A model generated the notes under the pieces. It worked only from the letters and a program-made list of their open reading frames with translations. It did not search any database and was not told the origin of the DNA. Source: an uncultured Elusimicrobia bacterium (GTDB lineage: Bacteria > Elusimicrobiota > Elusimicrobia > 2-01-FULL-59-12). From it: a DNA stretch of 64,000 nucleotides. Numbering within the stretch: the stretch's first letter is position 1; each line of letters opens with the position of its first letter. A program made the position numbers and the translations under genes. Below, one piece after another: positions 41,204 through 49,529 of the stretch. The stretch covers positions 2,368,001-2,432,000 of the forward strand of contig OY969767.1 of NCBI GenBank assembly GCA_963702895.1. The letters run 5' to 3'.

Positions 41204-41243
41204 AGAATGTTTCCCCCTTCTCTTTTCGCCCCTCGCTCTTCGA

Positions 41244-42926
41244 TCATTTGATCTTCCGAAGGAGGATCAGTTTTCCCTCCCGCATGACCAGCTCCAGCGA
41301 CCGGCCGGGACCCGCTTGCGTAAGCTGTTTCTGGACGACGTCGCTCGTGACGACCCAGGTTCCCTGGGGCATCCGCGCAAGCGCCGCGGCCGATTCGGGC
41401 TGAGGGAAAATCCACTCCGCCGCCTCTGGCGCCTTGTCCGCGCCCATCGCGAGCTCGCCCGGATCGCCGAAGATCGCGACGCGCCGTTTTAAATAAAAAG
41501 GGAGGGTCTGCGCGACGTTTTCAAAAGAGATTCCATACGTGAGCGTGCGGTCGAGGGGCTTGGAGCGGAGCCCGATCTGCCGCGCGATCGCCTTGTTGGA
41601 AAGAAAAGGGTCCACTGGGTTGGCCAAGGATGGAAGCGACCCGAAGAAAAGCACTTGGGCCATGACCAGGCCGACAAGAGCGGCCATCGTCTGCCGCATG
41701 CCCCAGACACCCACGAGAACCGTCACGATCACGCTGAGCATGAAAGAAAGCAGACCCGCGTGGGCGCGAAGGGCCTCGGCGGCCGGATCTTGAAAGAGGA
41801 CGGCGGCCTGAGGAAGCTTCAGCACGGCCACGGCGCAGGAAAAAATCACGACCAGCCCCAGGACCCCTTTTTGCACCCAGCCAGGCGCGCGGGGTTCTTC
41901 CAGGGCCTCCTCCAAAGCGTCACCGCAAAGAAGCGCCAGCGCCGGAAGCACCGGCAGAATGGAGGCGACGAGCTTGGTCTGTGAACAGGAATAAAAGAGG
42001 GTGATGATGACGCTCCACATGAAGAGCAGGGCCTTGACCGGATCTCTATTCATCTCGGCGGCGCGGTGTCTAAAAAGATGTGTGAGGACATAGGGCAGAA
42101 AGACACTCCAAGGCAAAAAGGCCGCTGCCAGGACGGGAAGATAGAAATACAGGGGGGCTTCCCGAGGATGCGCGGCCGCAAAAAAGCTCTGCAGAGGCTC
42201 CCTAACGAAAAAGGAAGATAGAAAATCCGGATGTTTGAGCGCCATCATCACATACCAGGGAGCCGACAGAAGCCCGACGCACAGAAAGATCTCCTGCCAG
42301 GGAATTTTGGACATTTGCGTCCAGAACCTGGTGTAGGCGATCACCAGTAGCAATGCCGCTATGGGAAAAGCGACCGCCACAAGCCCCTTGGTCAGCACGC
42401 CTCCGACCACCGCCAGGATGAGGAGCGAGGACCATCGGCGCACCCGTCCCGGCAGGCGCTCGGTGAGCATGCCCGCAGAGGCGTAGAGGGAAAGAACGAG
42501 CCAGAAGGTCAAGGCCATGTCCAGGACCAGGAACTGTGTCAGGGCGAAAAAAAGAACGCTCGTCGCCAAAACCACACCGGAAAGAAGCCCGACTCGCTCC
42601 CCTTTCCACCTCCGTCCCAGGAGATAAACCAAGAGGACCGTCAGCAGTCCGAAGGTCGCACACCAGAAGCGCGCAGCGAATTCCGTCTCGCCAAAAACGG
42701 CAAGGCTTGCCGCCGTCAACACGTACAAGAGGGGGGGGTGATCCCAAGAGACGACGTAGTTGAGGTGAGGGACCAGCCAGTCGCCGCGCTCAAGCATCTC
42801 CCGCGCGATTTCCGCGATGCGCCCTTCAGCAGAGTTCCAGAGGGCCCGTGATCCCAGGGGCAGATAAAAGAGGGAAGCGCAGGCCAGCAACATCACCCAA
42901 TGCAATCGCTTGGACAACCAATTCAC
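41244..42926 (-). CDS. ArnT-like glycosyltransferase family 39 (PMT_2)
   Basis: EGRIAEIAREM..DWLVPHLN, FAARF, LDMALTF, LTKG, FLPWS; many TM helices; GTG start at 42926 inferred. Confidence 0.85.
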   Translation of the reverse strand: MNWLSKRLHWVMLLACASLFYLPLGSRALWNSAEGRIAEIAREMLERGDWLVPHLNYVVSWDHPPLLYVLTAASLAVFGETEFAARFWCATFGLLTVLLVYLLGRRWKGERVGLLSGVVLATSVLFFALTQFLVLDMALTFWLVLSLYASAGMLTERLPGRVRRWSSLLILAVVGGVLTKGLVAVAFPIAALLLVIAYTRFWTQMSKIPWQEIFLCVGLLSAPWYVMMALKHPDFLSSFFVREPLQSFFAAAHPREAPLYFYLPVLAAAFLPWSVFLPYVLTHLFRHRAAEMNRDPVKALLFMWSVIITLFYSCSQTKLVASILPVLPALALLCGDALEEALEEPRAPGWVQKGVLGLVVIFSCAVAVLKLPQAAVLFQDPAAEALRAHAGLLSFMLSVIVTVLVGVWGMRQTMAALVGLVMAQVLFFGSLPSLANPVDPFLSNKAIARQIGLRSKPLDRTLTYGISFENVAQTLPFYLKRRVAIFGDPGELAMGADKAPEAAEWIFPQPESAAALARMPQGTWVVTSDVVQKQLTQAGPGRSLELVMREGKLILLRKIK

Positions 42927-43031
42927 CCCACCACCTCTTTTCGTCTCTTTGCGGCGACAGGACCGCCGCAAAGGCCAGCCAGCCAACTGGCTGGCGTTCG
43001 CGGTAGCGAACAGGCGAAAAGAGGTGGTGGG
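42927..43031. other. 105-nt four-way-junction (cloverleaf-like) structure filling the recN-GT39 spacer
   Basis: 20-bp closing IR cccaccacctcttttcgtct / aggcgaaaagaggtggtggg enclosing hairpins ctttgcggcg/cgccgcaaag, gccagccag/ctggctggc and gttcgc/gcgaac. Confidence 0.6.
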
Positions 43032-43032
43032 A

Positions 43033-44691
43033 TCATTGATTTTGAGCGAGAAGTTCTTTCGCGTGCTGGACGCTCGTGGGAGTGATCTGGCTGCCCAAAA
43101 GGCGTGCGAGCTCTTCGATACGGGTCCCTGACTCCAGGCGCTCCACCATCGCGAAGGTCCGGGACTTCGACACGCGCTTGGACACCTGGAAATGAGCGCT
43201 CGCGCAGGAAGCGATTTGGGGAAGGTGGCTCACACAAAGGATCTGGTGGTGCTGGGCCAGGTTTTTAAGCTTTTTCCCCACCGTGAGGGCCGTTTGCCCG
43301 CCCACGCCTGCGTCGATTTCATCAAAGATCAGCGTGGGCACATCATCCGCCTGAGCCAAGACCGTTTTGAGGGCGAGCATCAAGCGCGACATCTCGCCGC
43401 CCGAGGCGATCTCTTTGAGAAGCGCCGCGCGTTCGCCGGGGTTGGGCGCCCACTCAAAAGCGGCTTGGTCGATTCCTGAGGGGCCCGGCTCGGCCAGCGG
43501 ATCCAGCCGGCAACGAAAGACGGCCTCTTTGAGCCCAAGACTCGCCAGCTCCGCTTGGACGGCGGCTCCAAGCTCTTTGGCGGCACGCTTCCGCTTTAAA
43601 GAGAGATCCTCACAAGCGCTGCGAAGCTGCGCGTCGCCGAGGCGCAGTTTTTCTTGGAGTTCTTCGCGGAACCGATCGGCGTTTTCCATTCGCGAGAGCT
43701 CCCCTCGCAGGGTTTCGGCATGATGAAGGATGGCTTCGACCGTCCCGCCATATTTCTTTTTGAGTCGGCTGATGAGCTCGAGGCGGGAAAGACAATGTTC
43801 CAGCGCCTCCGGATCTGCTTCCCAGCGCTCCGTCATCTCGTGCAGGCTCCGGGCGGCGTCCTCCAAACGCGTCTTGGCTTCGCCCACTTCGTGGCTCAAG
43901 GGGTGGACGTTCGGCGCGAGCTCGGCCAGGCCTTCAAAAGCCTTGCTGGCCTGGCCGAGCCGCTCAAGAGCGCTTCCTTCTTCTTCGTAGAGGGCCCCAT
44001 AGGCTGTTCGCGCAAGCATCTGAAGCTTTTCGGCGTTCTTCAGTTCCGGCAGCCGGGCCTGAAGGGTTTCTTCCTCGCCTGGAGCCAGGGCGGCTTTTTC
44101 AATCTCCGCGAGCTGGAAACGATACACATCGATCTTTTGTAAGCGCTCCTCTTCGGAAAGCGTCTGGGCGTTTTGCTGTTCTTGCAAGTCTTTCCATGCC
44201 TGGTAGAACAAACCGATGGACTCACGTCTCGGCTCAAAGCCGCCCAAGCGGTCCAAAAGTTGAAGCTGAACGGAAGGTTTCAAAACCTGCTGATGTTCGT
44301 TTTGCCCGTGAACGTCGACGAGAAACCCTCCGAGCTCCTGGAGCGTCGCTAAGGTGACCGGTTGATCATTCAAGAAGGCTTTCGAACGGCCATCGGGGTA
44401 GCCCTCACGGCGGATTAAAAGCGTGTCCTCTTTGTCAAAGCCGCGCTCCTTCCACCACGCCAGAAAGGCCCTGTCTTTCGGAGCGCTGAAGGTCCCGTCG
44501 ATCGTGGCGCGTTGTGCCCCTTGCCGGACTTGCTCCACCTTGAAGCGGTCTCCCAGAAGAAGTCCCAAGGCATCCAACACAATGGACTTGCCCGCGCCCG
44601 TCTCCCCGGTCAGAACATTGAGCCCTGGGTCTAACTCCAGCCGCAGGTCTTCGATCAATACAAAGTTTTTAATTCCGAGTTCTTCCAACAT
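43033..44691 (-). CDS. recN: DNA repair protein RecN
   Basis: TGETGAGKS, VHGQNEHQ, ASGGEMSR, IFDEIDAGVGG, SHLPQIA. Confidence 0.97.
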   Translation of the reverse strand: MLEELGIKNFVLIEDLRLELDPGLNVLTGETGAGKSIVLDALGLLLGDRFKVEQVRQGAQRATIDGTFSAPKDRAFLAWWKERGFDKEDTLLIRREGYPDGRSKAFLNDQPVTLATLQELGGFLVDVHGQNEHQQVLKPSVQLQLLDRLGGFEPRRESIGLFYQAWKDLQEQQNAQTLSEEERLQKIDVYRFQLAEIEKAALAPGEEETLQARLPELKNAEKLQMLARTAYGALYEEEGSALERLGQASKAFEGLAELAPNVHPLSHEVGEAKTRLEDAARSLHEMTERWEADPEALEHCLSRLELISRLKKKYGGTVEAILHHAETLRGELSRMENADRFREELQEKLRLGDAQLRSACEDLSLKRKRAAKELGAAVQAELASLGLKEAVFRCRLDPLAEPGPSGIDQAAFEWAPNPGERAALLKEIASGGEMSRLMLALKTVLAQADDVPTLIFDEIDAGVGGQTALTVGKKLKNLAQHHQILCVSHLPQIASCASAHFQVSKRVSKSRTFAMVERLESGTRIEELARLLGSQITPTSVQHAKELLAQNQ

Positions 44692-44719
44692 TATGAATGT
44701 ACTCCGGGCTTGCCTTTGA

Positions 44720-44804
44720 CGTCATCCCGGCATGTTGTTAGCCGGGATCCATCATGATCTTTACGTTCATGATAGACCCCGGCTAACGATCCGCCGGGGT
44801 GACG
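44720..44804. repeat. Intergenic CGTC-type REP doublet
   Basis: cgtcatcccggc..gccgggatccatc..gatagaccccggc..gccggggtgacg. Confidence 0.85.
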
Positions 44805-44840
44805 ACAAGGGGTTCTTGTTGTGGAAAAAAGCATATCCTT

Positions 44841-45659
44841 TTAGGCGCCGCCCCATTTCAACTTCGATTGGAGGACCTGATAAAACGTTTTCTCGGCGTC
44901 CATGAGGAGCTTGACCTGGTGTTCAGAGCGCTGGAGTGCGACCTTGTCGCCGGGATGAAGGGTCCTCACCACATGACCGTCCACGCACAAGAGTGCGTCC
45001 GGACTGGGATTGAACATTTCGACTTCCACGACCTCGAAGGCGGGCATGACGAGAGGCCTCTGCATGAGCGAATGCGGGCAAATCGGGGACAAGAGCAGAA
45101 CATCCAGGTCGGGATAGACGATCGGCCCCGAGGCGGCGAGGTTATAAGCCGTGGAGCCCGTCGGCGTGGACAAAATCAGGCCATCGCCGATGTAGCTGGC
45201 GAGCGCCCGGCCGCGCACCGAGGCCACGAGGTGCAGGATTCGCCCCGAAGAACCCGAGCGGATGACAATGTCGTTGAGCCCTGTATAGGGCCCAAACTTT
45301 TTCTGGCTGGCTCGGCCACTCACCGAAATCATCGTCCGGGTCTCGATCCGGCTTTGGCCAGACAAAACGCGCGAAAGCATCCGAAAGGCGGCGCCTGCTT
45401 CAGTCGCCGCCAAAAAGCCCAGCCGGCCGACATTGACCCCGAGCACCGGCATCTCCCATGGGGCGACTTCGCGTGCGACCGAGAGCACGGTCCCATCCCC
45501 ACCCACTGCGACAATGAAATCGGAGCCCTTCATCGCCGGCGTGACGTGGGAAGAGGCCACCACGGTCAGTTTATGCTGGACCAGCCACCGCTTCAGGCGC
45601 TGCCATTCATGGCGGGCCTGGGGTTTATCGGCGTTGTAAATGAGGGCGACTTTTTTCAT
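44841..45659 (-). CDS. nadK: NAD kinase
   Basis: GGDGTVL, GVNVGRLGFL, LND, GDGLILSTPTGSTAYNLAASGP; start MKKVAL at 45659. Confidence 0.95.
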   Translation of the reverse strand: MKKVALIYNADKPQARHEWQRLKRWLVQHKLTVVASSHVTPAMKGSDFIVAVGGDGTVLSVAREVAPWEMPVLGVNVGRLGFLAATEAGAAFRMLSRVLSGQSRIETRTMISVSGRASQKKFGPYTGLNDIVIRSGSSGRILHLVASVRGRALASYIGDGLILSTPTGSTAYNLAASGPIVYPDLDVLLLSPICPHSLMQRPLVMPAFEVVEVEMFNPSPDALLCVDGHVVRTLHPGDKVALQRSEHQVKLLMDAEKTFYQVLQSKLKWGGA

Positions 45660-46995
45660 TTTTTTTCCGTCTATGGGCAAGAAAAAGGATACCAAATAAG
45701 CCCCCGTAATACAGCCCAAGCACCCAGGGAGGTGGGAGGTCCAGCGAACGCACCACCCAGGACCATCCGGCCATGCGCTCAATGAGGGTCAGCATCCATT
45801 CCACCCCTTGGCGCATGAGCCACACCAGGATCGCCGGTACGGAATGAGGGGCACAGACACCCCAGGTCCCGATCACAAGCCCCAAAACCATCAGGATCCC
45901 AGAAAGAGGAAAGAGGGTCCAGTTGGCGCAGACTCCGGCAAAGGACAGCCTGTGAAAGTAGGCGACTAAGAGCGGCCAAATCCCCATGTAGACAAACAAG
46001 CCCAGAAGCGCGGATTCCACGAGCCACCCGATCATGCGCGGCCACCACCCTTGTGGTTTGTTGTGAAAGGGATGGATCGCGTAAATACTGAGGGTCGCAG
46101 CGAAAGAGAGCTGGAAACTTGCCCCCAGAAGCGCTTCCGGCTCCCGAATGAGGATCCATGCCGCGGCCATGCATAAAGGGTAATAGGAAGGGATATCTCT
46201 GCCGAGCGCTGAGACGAGCAGCCCAACCAGCGCTGAGATGGCGGCGCGCACAACCGGCGGGTCTGAGCCCACGGCGACCGTGTAAAAAATGACGAGCGGC
46301 AAACAGATCCAAAAGGCATGGCGCCGGGGGACGGCCAGCGCCAGCAAGAGCACCAGCCCGAGGTTCACGATGAGCGACATGTTCTGGCCGGAGACCACCA
46401 TGATGTGATAGACACCCGCGCGGATACAGGCTTCTTTGAGGTCGGCTGGAAGGATCCCCCGACCACCCACCGTGACCCCCACGAGGAGCGCGGCGTGTCT
46501 TTCTGGCAAGCGCTCTTCCCAAAACGCGCGGTAGCGCCTCTGGAAGCGCCAGGCCGCGCGCGCAAGACTCCAGCGTGAGGAGCGCCGAAGGACGGTGAAA
46601 CTCTCGGCATACCAAACTTTCAGGAACGAATACACCCGACGACTCGCCCAGTAGTCGCGCGCGCGTTCCGTGGGCCTGGATAGATGGCCGCGCGCCGTGA
46701 CGCGGTCCCCGGGAGCAAGCGTGGCGTCCAACCATGGAAGCGTGACCACCACCCTTCCACCAAAAGCCTCCAGGGGGCGCGCGTGGGCCTCCATCAAAAA
46801 TCGGGTCTGCCCCCAGCGCAAGAGCGGGCTGTCCAGCACCTTTCCTTCGATCAGGACCACGGAGGCGCCTCGCAGCCTCGACAGATCATAAAGCCCCGCT
46901 CTTGGGAAGAGGCCCAGCGCGCACAGCAAGAAAATCCCCCCCATATAAAGGAGCAAAGAGCAGACCAGCGCATATCGGGATAGGGCACGGAGCAT
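45625..46995 (-). CDS. comEC: ComEC/Rec2 competence membrane domain (no C-terminal MBL domain)
   Basis: AGVYHIMVVSGQN, PVVRAA, SFQLSF, AN motifs; start uncertain (46995 or 47019). Confidence 0.85.
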   Translation of the reverse strand: MLRALSRYALVCSLLLYMGGIFLLCALGLFPRAGLYDLSRLRGASVVLIEGKVLDSPLLRWGQTRFLMEAHARPLEAFGGRVVVTLPWLDATLAPGDRVTARGHLSRPTERARDYWASRRVYSFLKVWYAESFTVLRRSSRWSLARAAWRFQRRYRAFWEERLPERHAALLVGVTVGGRGILPADLKEACIRAGVYHIMVVSGQNMSLIVNLGLVLLLALAVPRRHAFWICLPLVIFYTVAVGSDPPVVRAAISALVGLLVSALGRDIPSYYPLCMAAAWILIREPEALLGASFQLSFAATLSIYAIHPFHNKPQGWWPRMIGWLVESALLGLFVYMGIWPLLVAYFHRLSFAGVCANWTLFPLSGILMVLGLVIGTWGVCAPHSVPAILVWLMRQGVEWMLTLIERMAGWSWVVRSLDLPPPWVLGLYYGGLFGILFLAHRRKKNEKSRPHLQRR

Positions 46996-47037
46996 GGGTC
47001 GCCTATCCCTTAGATGCAAAAAGGGGGCCTTTATTCG

Positions 47038-47448
47038 CTATGAGTGAAGATTATTTTTGAGCCGTTCGAGAAGGTCCGACGGCAAACGGGCAGGACGCCA
47101 GCGCAGGTTGACCACGGCGAGCTTCACCCGCCCCTTGGCGATGAGCTTGCCCGCTTCGTCGTAGATTTCCGAGCCGAAGGTGAGATGAGCATGGCCCAGA
47201 TCGGAAAGAAAGGTGCGGACGGTTATGAGATCGTCATAGCGCGCGGCCGCCAGGTACTGGACATGCGATTCCATCGCCGGCATGAAGATCTTCCGCTTCT
47301 CTTCGAGGTCCCGGTAGCGCATCCCGATGGACCGGAGCCATTCGGTGCGGCCGCGCTCGAACAAGACAAGATAGTTGGCGTAATACATCACCCCCATCCG
47401 GTCGGTATCGGCATAAGAGATTCTGACTTCAAAATCAAAGTGTTTCAT
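47038..47448 (-). CDS. Acyl-CoA thioesterase (YbgC/FadM, 4HBT family)
   Basis: RISYADTDRMGVMYYANYLVLFERGR, ARYDD. Confidence 0.92.
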   Translation of the reverse strand: MKHFDFEVRISYADTDRMGVMYYANYLVLFERGRTEWLRSIGMRYRDLEEKRKIFMPAMESHVQYLAAARYDDLITVRTFLSDLGHAHLTFGSEIYDEAGKLIAKGRVKLAVVNLRWRPARLPSDLLERLKNNLHS

Positions 47449-47513
47449 TCCCTGTTCCTTTGCCGGATACCGCATCCCTTTCGGGTGCGGAGGAGGCGCC
47501 GTCATACGACCGC

Positions 47514-47589
47514 GCCCTCACCCTCGGCTTTCGCTACGCTCGGCCTCTCCCTCTCCCGCGTGCACGCGGGAGAGGGTGGGGGTGAGGGC
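47514..47589. repeat. Palindromic CCCTCACCC/CCCTCTCCC-type repeat
   Basis: gccctcaccc/gggtgagggc enclosing the perfect 28-bp palindrome ccctctcccgcgtgcacgcgggagaggg (47549-47576). Confidence 0.8.
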
Positions 47590-47847
47590 AGAGATACCGC
47601 AGGCCTTGTGCCTGCGGAGTTTCACTCGAGATAATTCACAAACGTCATTGATTGTAGAAAGATTCCGGGTGCTTTTGTGTTGACGTTCCTTGCGGTGCGA
47701 GCTCTGGCTTCAGGGAGCACCTGCGATGGTTTGGCTGATGCGGTAGAGGAGTTCAATCGATTTTTTTTGGCGCTGAAGGAAAGCCTTCGGGCTTGTCGGG
47801 GCATGAAAGGGCGACCGGCGGAAGAGCGCGGCAGAAAGGAGGTCCTG

Positions 47848-47979
47848 CTACTCCATGTAGGTTTCCCATATTTTCCAGCCCCGGTAATAGCCCACGATCA
47901 AGGCGATCAAGATGATGATCGGAACGGCGACGGAGGCAAACTGCAGGGCGAAGAAAAGTTCCTCGATGGGTAGGTTCAT
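47848..47979 (-). CDS. Small (43 aa) single-TM membrane protein not in the ORF track
   Basis: MNLPIEELFFALQFASVAVPIIILIALIVGYYRGWKIWETYME*; SD AGGAGA upstream of the ATG. Confidence 0.65.
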   Translation of the reverse strand: MNLPIEELFFALQFASVAVPIIILIALIVGYYRGWKIWETYME

Positions 47980-48085
47980 TTTTTTCTCCTGACATCTCCC
48001 TTGTATTCACTTTCTTTTTAACATAGAACTATTACGACCATGTTAAATCTGGATAACGAAATACGCTCCGGAAAATGCATCTAAA

Positions 48086-49243
48086 ATGAACTGCCCCGTC
48101 TGCAAATATTCCAATCCCGCCGGTGCCACCCATTGCGGCATGTGCTATGAAGTTTTTAACAGGTCCGCCGCGCAGGCCTATTTGCAAGCCATTCGTCGAG
48201 AGCGTGGCCAGGCCAACCCGGAAGAGGAAGAGCCGCGGGTCACCATCATATCCCAGCGTGTCGTGGGGAGTTCCCCTTCCTTCTGGGAGCGAGTCGACTG
48301 GAAGGGCCTGCGCGAACAGGGTCTGGCCACCCTGAAACAGTACTGGAAATGGCCTGCCCTCGGGGCGCTCGTCATGGGCGCATGGATGCTGATCAGCGCG
48401 CTCTTGAGCGCCAACCTCTGGTATCACCTTTTAGGGACGAAGCTCCGGTCGGCCTATCTTGAAAAACGCCCTCTCACTTATTTGGTCGGCATGAAGCAAA
48501 ACATCAAGGTCTGGTCGGAGCGTTCCGGGCGGCTGGACACGCCGATGGAAAGACGATCCACCGATGAAATGGGCACGGTGATCATCAAGAAACTTCCAGG
48601 CAAAAGAAATTACACCGCCAAAGTGATCGTGCGAGAATGGATCCAAATCCTCAATGATGATGCCGGCTCCTCCAGTCGCACGATCCCGAAAGATCATCCG
48701 TCGCTGGCAAGCGGAAGAATCGTGCTCGACCCACGCGGCGGCATCCTGGAGCGACGCGCTGGTAATTCTCCCCGCCTTGGCAAGGCGCTGACTTTTATGG
48801 CCGCAAAATTCCCCACCCGCTCCCTTCGCTTAGGCGACACCTGGAAAGAGTATGTGGAATGGGTGGATGACTATGAGGGCTGGCAGATCGTCTGGAGAGG
48901 CTCTTTGCAATGGACGCTGGGGGAACTCGTGCCCTGCGAAAACGCGCACTGCGCGCAGTTGAGTTCGATCGCTGAGCTTCAACCCACCCTGCGCCGCGTG
49001 CCGTCCTGGGCGCGCGGCCTCACGCAGCGCGTCACAGGCAAAGCCACCGCGCAAGGCCGCGCGCAATTTGGCACCTCACAGAAGCGGCTCAGCGCGAACC
49101 ACCTTGCCTACCAGGGCCTTCTCCGCATTCCCATCTCAAAACTCGAGCGCATCCCCATGGAATTGCGCGTTGGCCGGCGCGTCAAAGGCGCGGGCGAGAT
49201 CCTGATTTACCTCGACAATAAAGTGGACACCCGAATTCATTAG
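48086..49243 (+). CDS. Hypothetical membrane-anchored protein with N-terminal zinc ribbon
   Basis: CPVC..CGMC, one TM helix, large C-terminal domain. Confidence 0.75.
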   Translation: MNCPVCKYSNPAGATHCGMCYEVFNRSAAQAYLQAIRRERGQANPEEEEPRVTIISQRVVGSSPSFWERVDWKGLREQGLATLKQYWKWPALGALVMGAWMLISALLSANLWYHLLGTKLRSAYLEKRPLTYLVGMKQNIKVWSERSGRLDTPMERRSTDEMGTVIIKKLPGKRNYTAKVIVREWIQILNDDAGSSSRTIPKDHPSLASGRIVLDPRGGILERRAGNSPRLGKALTFMAAKFPTRSLRLGDTWKEYVEWVDDYEGWQIVWRGSLQWTLGELVPCENAHCAQLSSIAELQPTLRRVPSWARGLTQRVTGKATAQGRAQFGTSQKRLSANHLAYQGLLRIPISKLERIPMELRVGRRVKGAGEILIYLDNKVDTRIH

Positions 49244-49426
49244 CACACCCGTCTCTTTCCTATCGTCACAGATTTGACACGTTCGGCAGGCGCTTTTATA
49301 TGCTTGCTTCACTTCCTTCGTTAAGCACGATGGGATGGGAAAGCCTTATTTCAAGGAGAAGCTTAACGGGGAAGACGAGGTGCCGACACGGTGTTGGAAA
49401 CGATTTTTCGTATCCCCGTCGCATAC

Positions 49427-49480
49427 TTGACACATACTAGATATAGATGTTTGATAGCACCTGGACACCATATCTGGTAT
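49427..49480 (+). promoter_or_regulatory. Tandem NrdR boxes overlapping the nrdJ promoter
   Basis: atactagatatagatg (49434-49449) and acaccatatctggtat (49465-49480), 31 bp apart; TTGACA at 49427-49432. Confidence 0.85.
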
Positions 49481-49529
49481 CTGCAACCCAAAAATCAAAA
49501 GATGGTCATCGGTCCGGAGGGGCTTTATC

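Noticed and set aside
42927..43031. tRNA gene
   Set aside because: Closing stem is 20 bp; no GTTCRA T-loop in the proper position, no D-loop GG and no 7-nt anticodon loop
47622..47804. 60-aa ORF
   Set aside because: No SD, motif or compositional support
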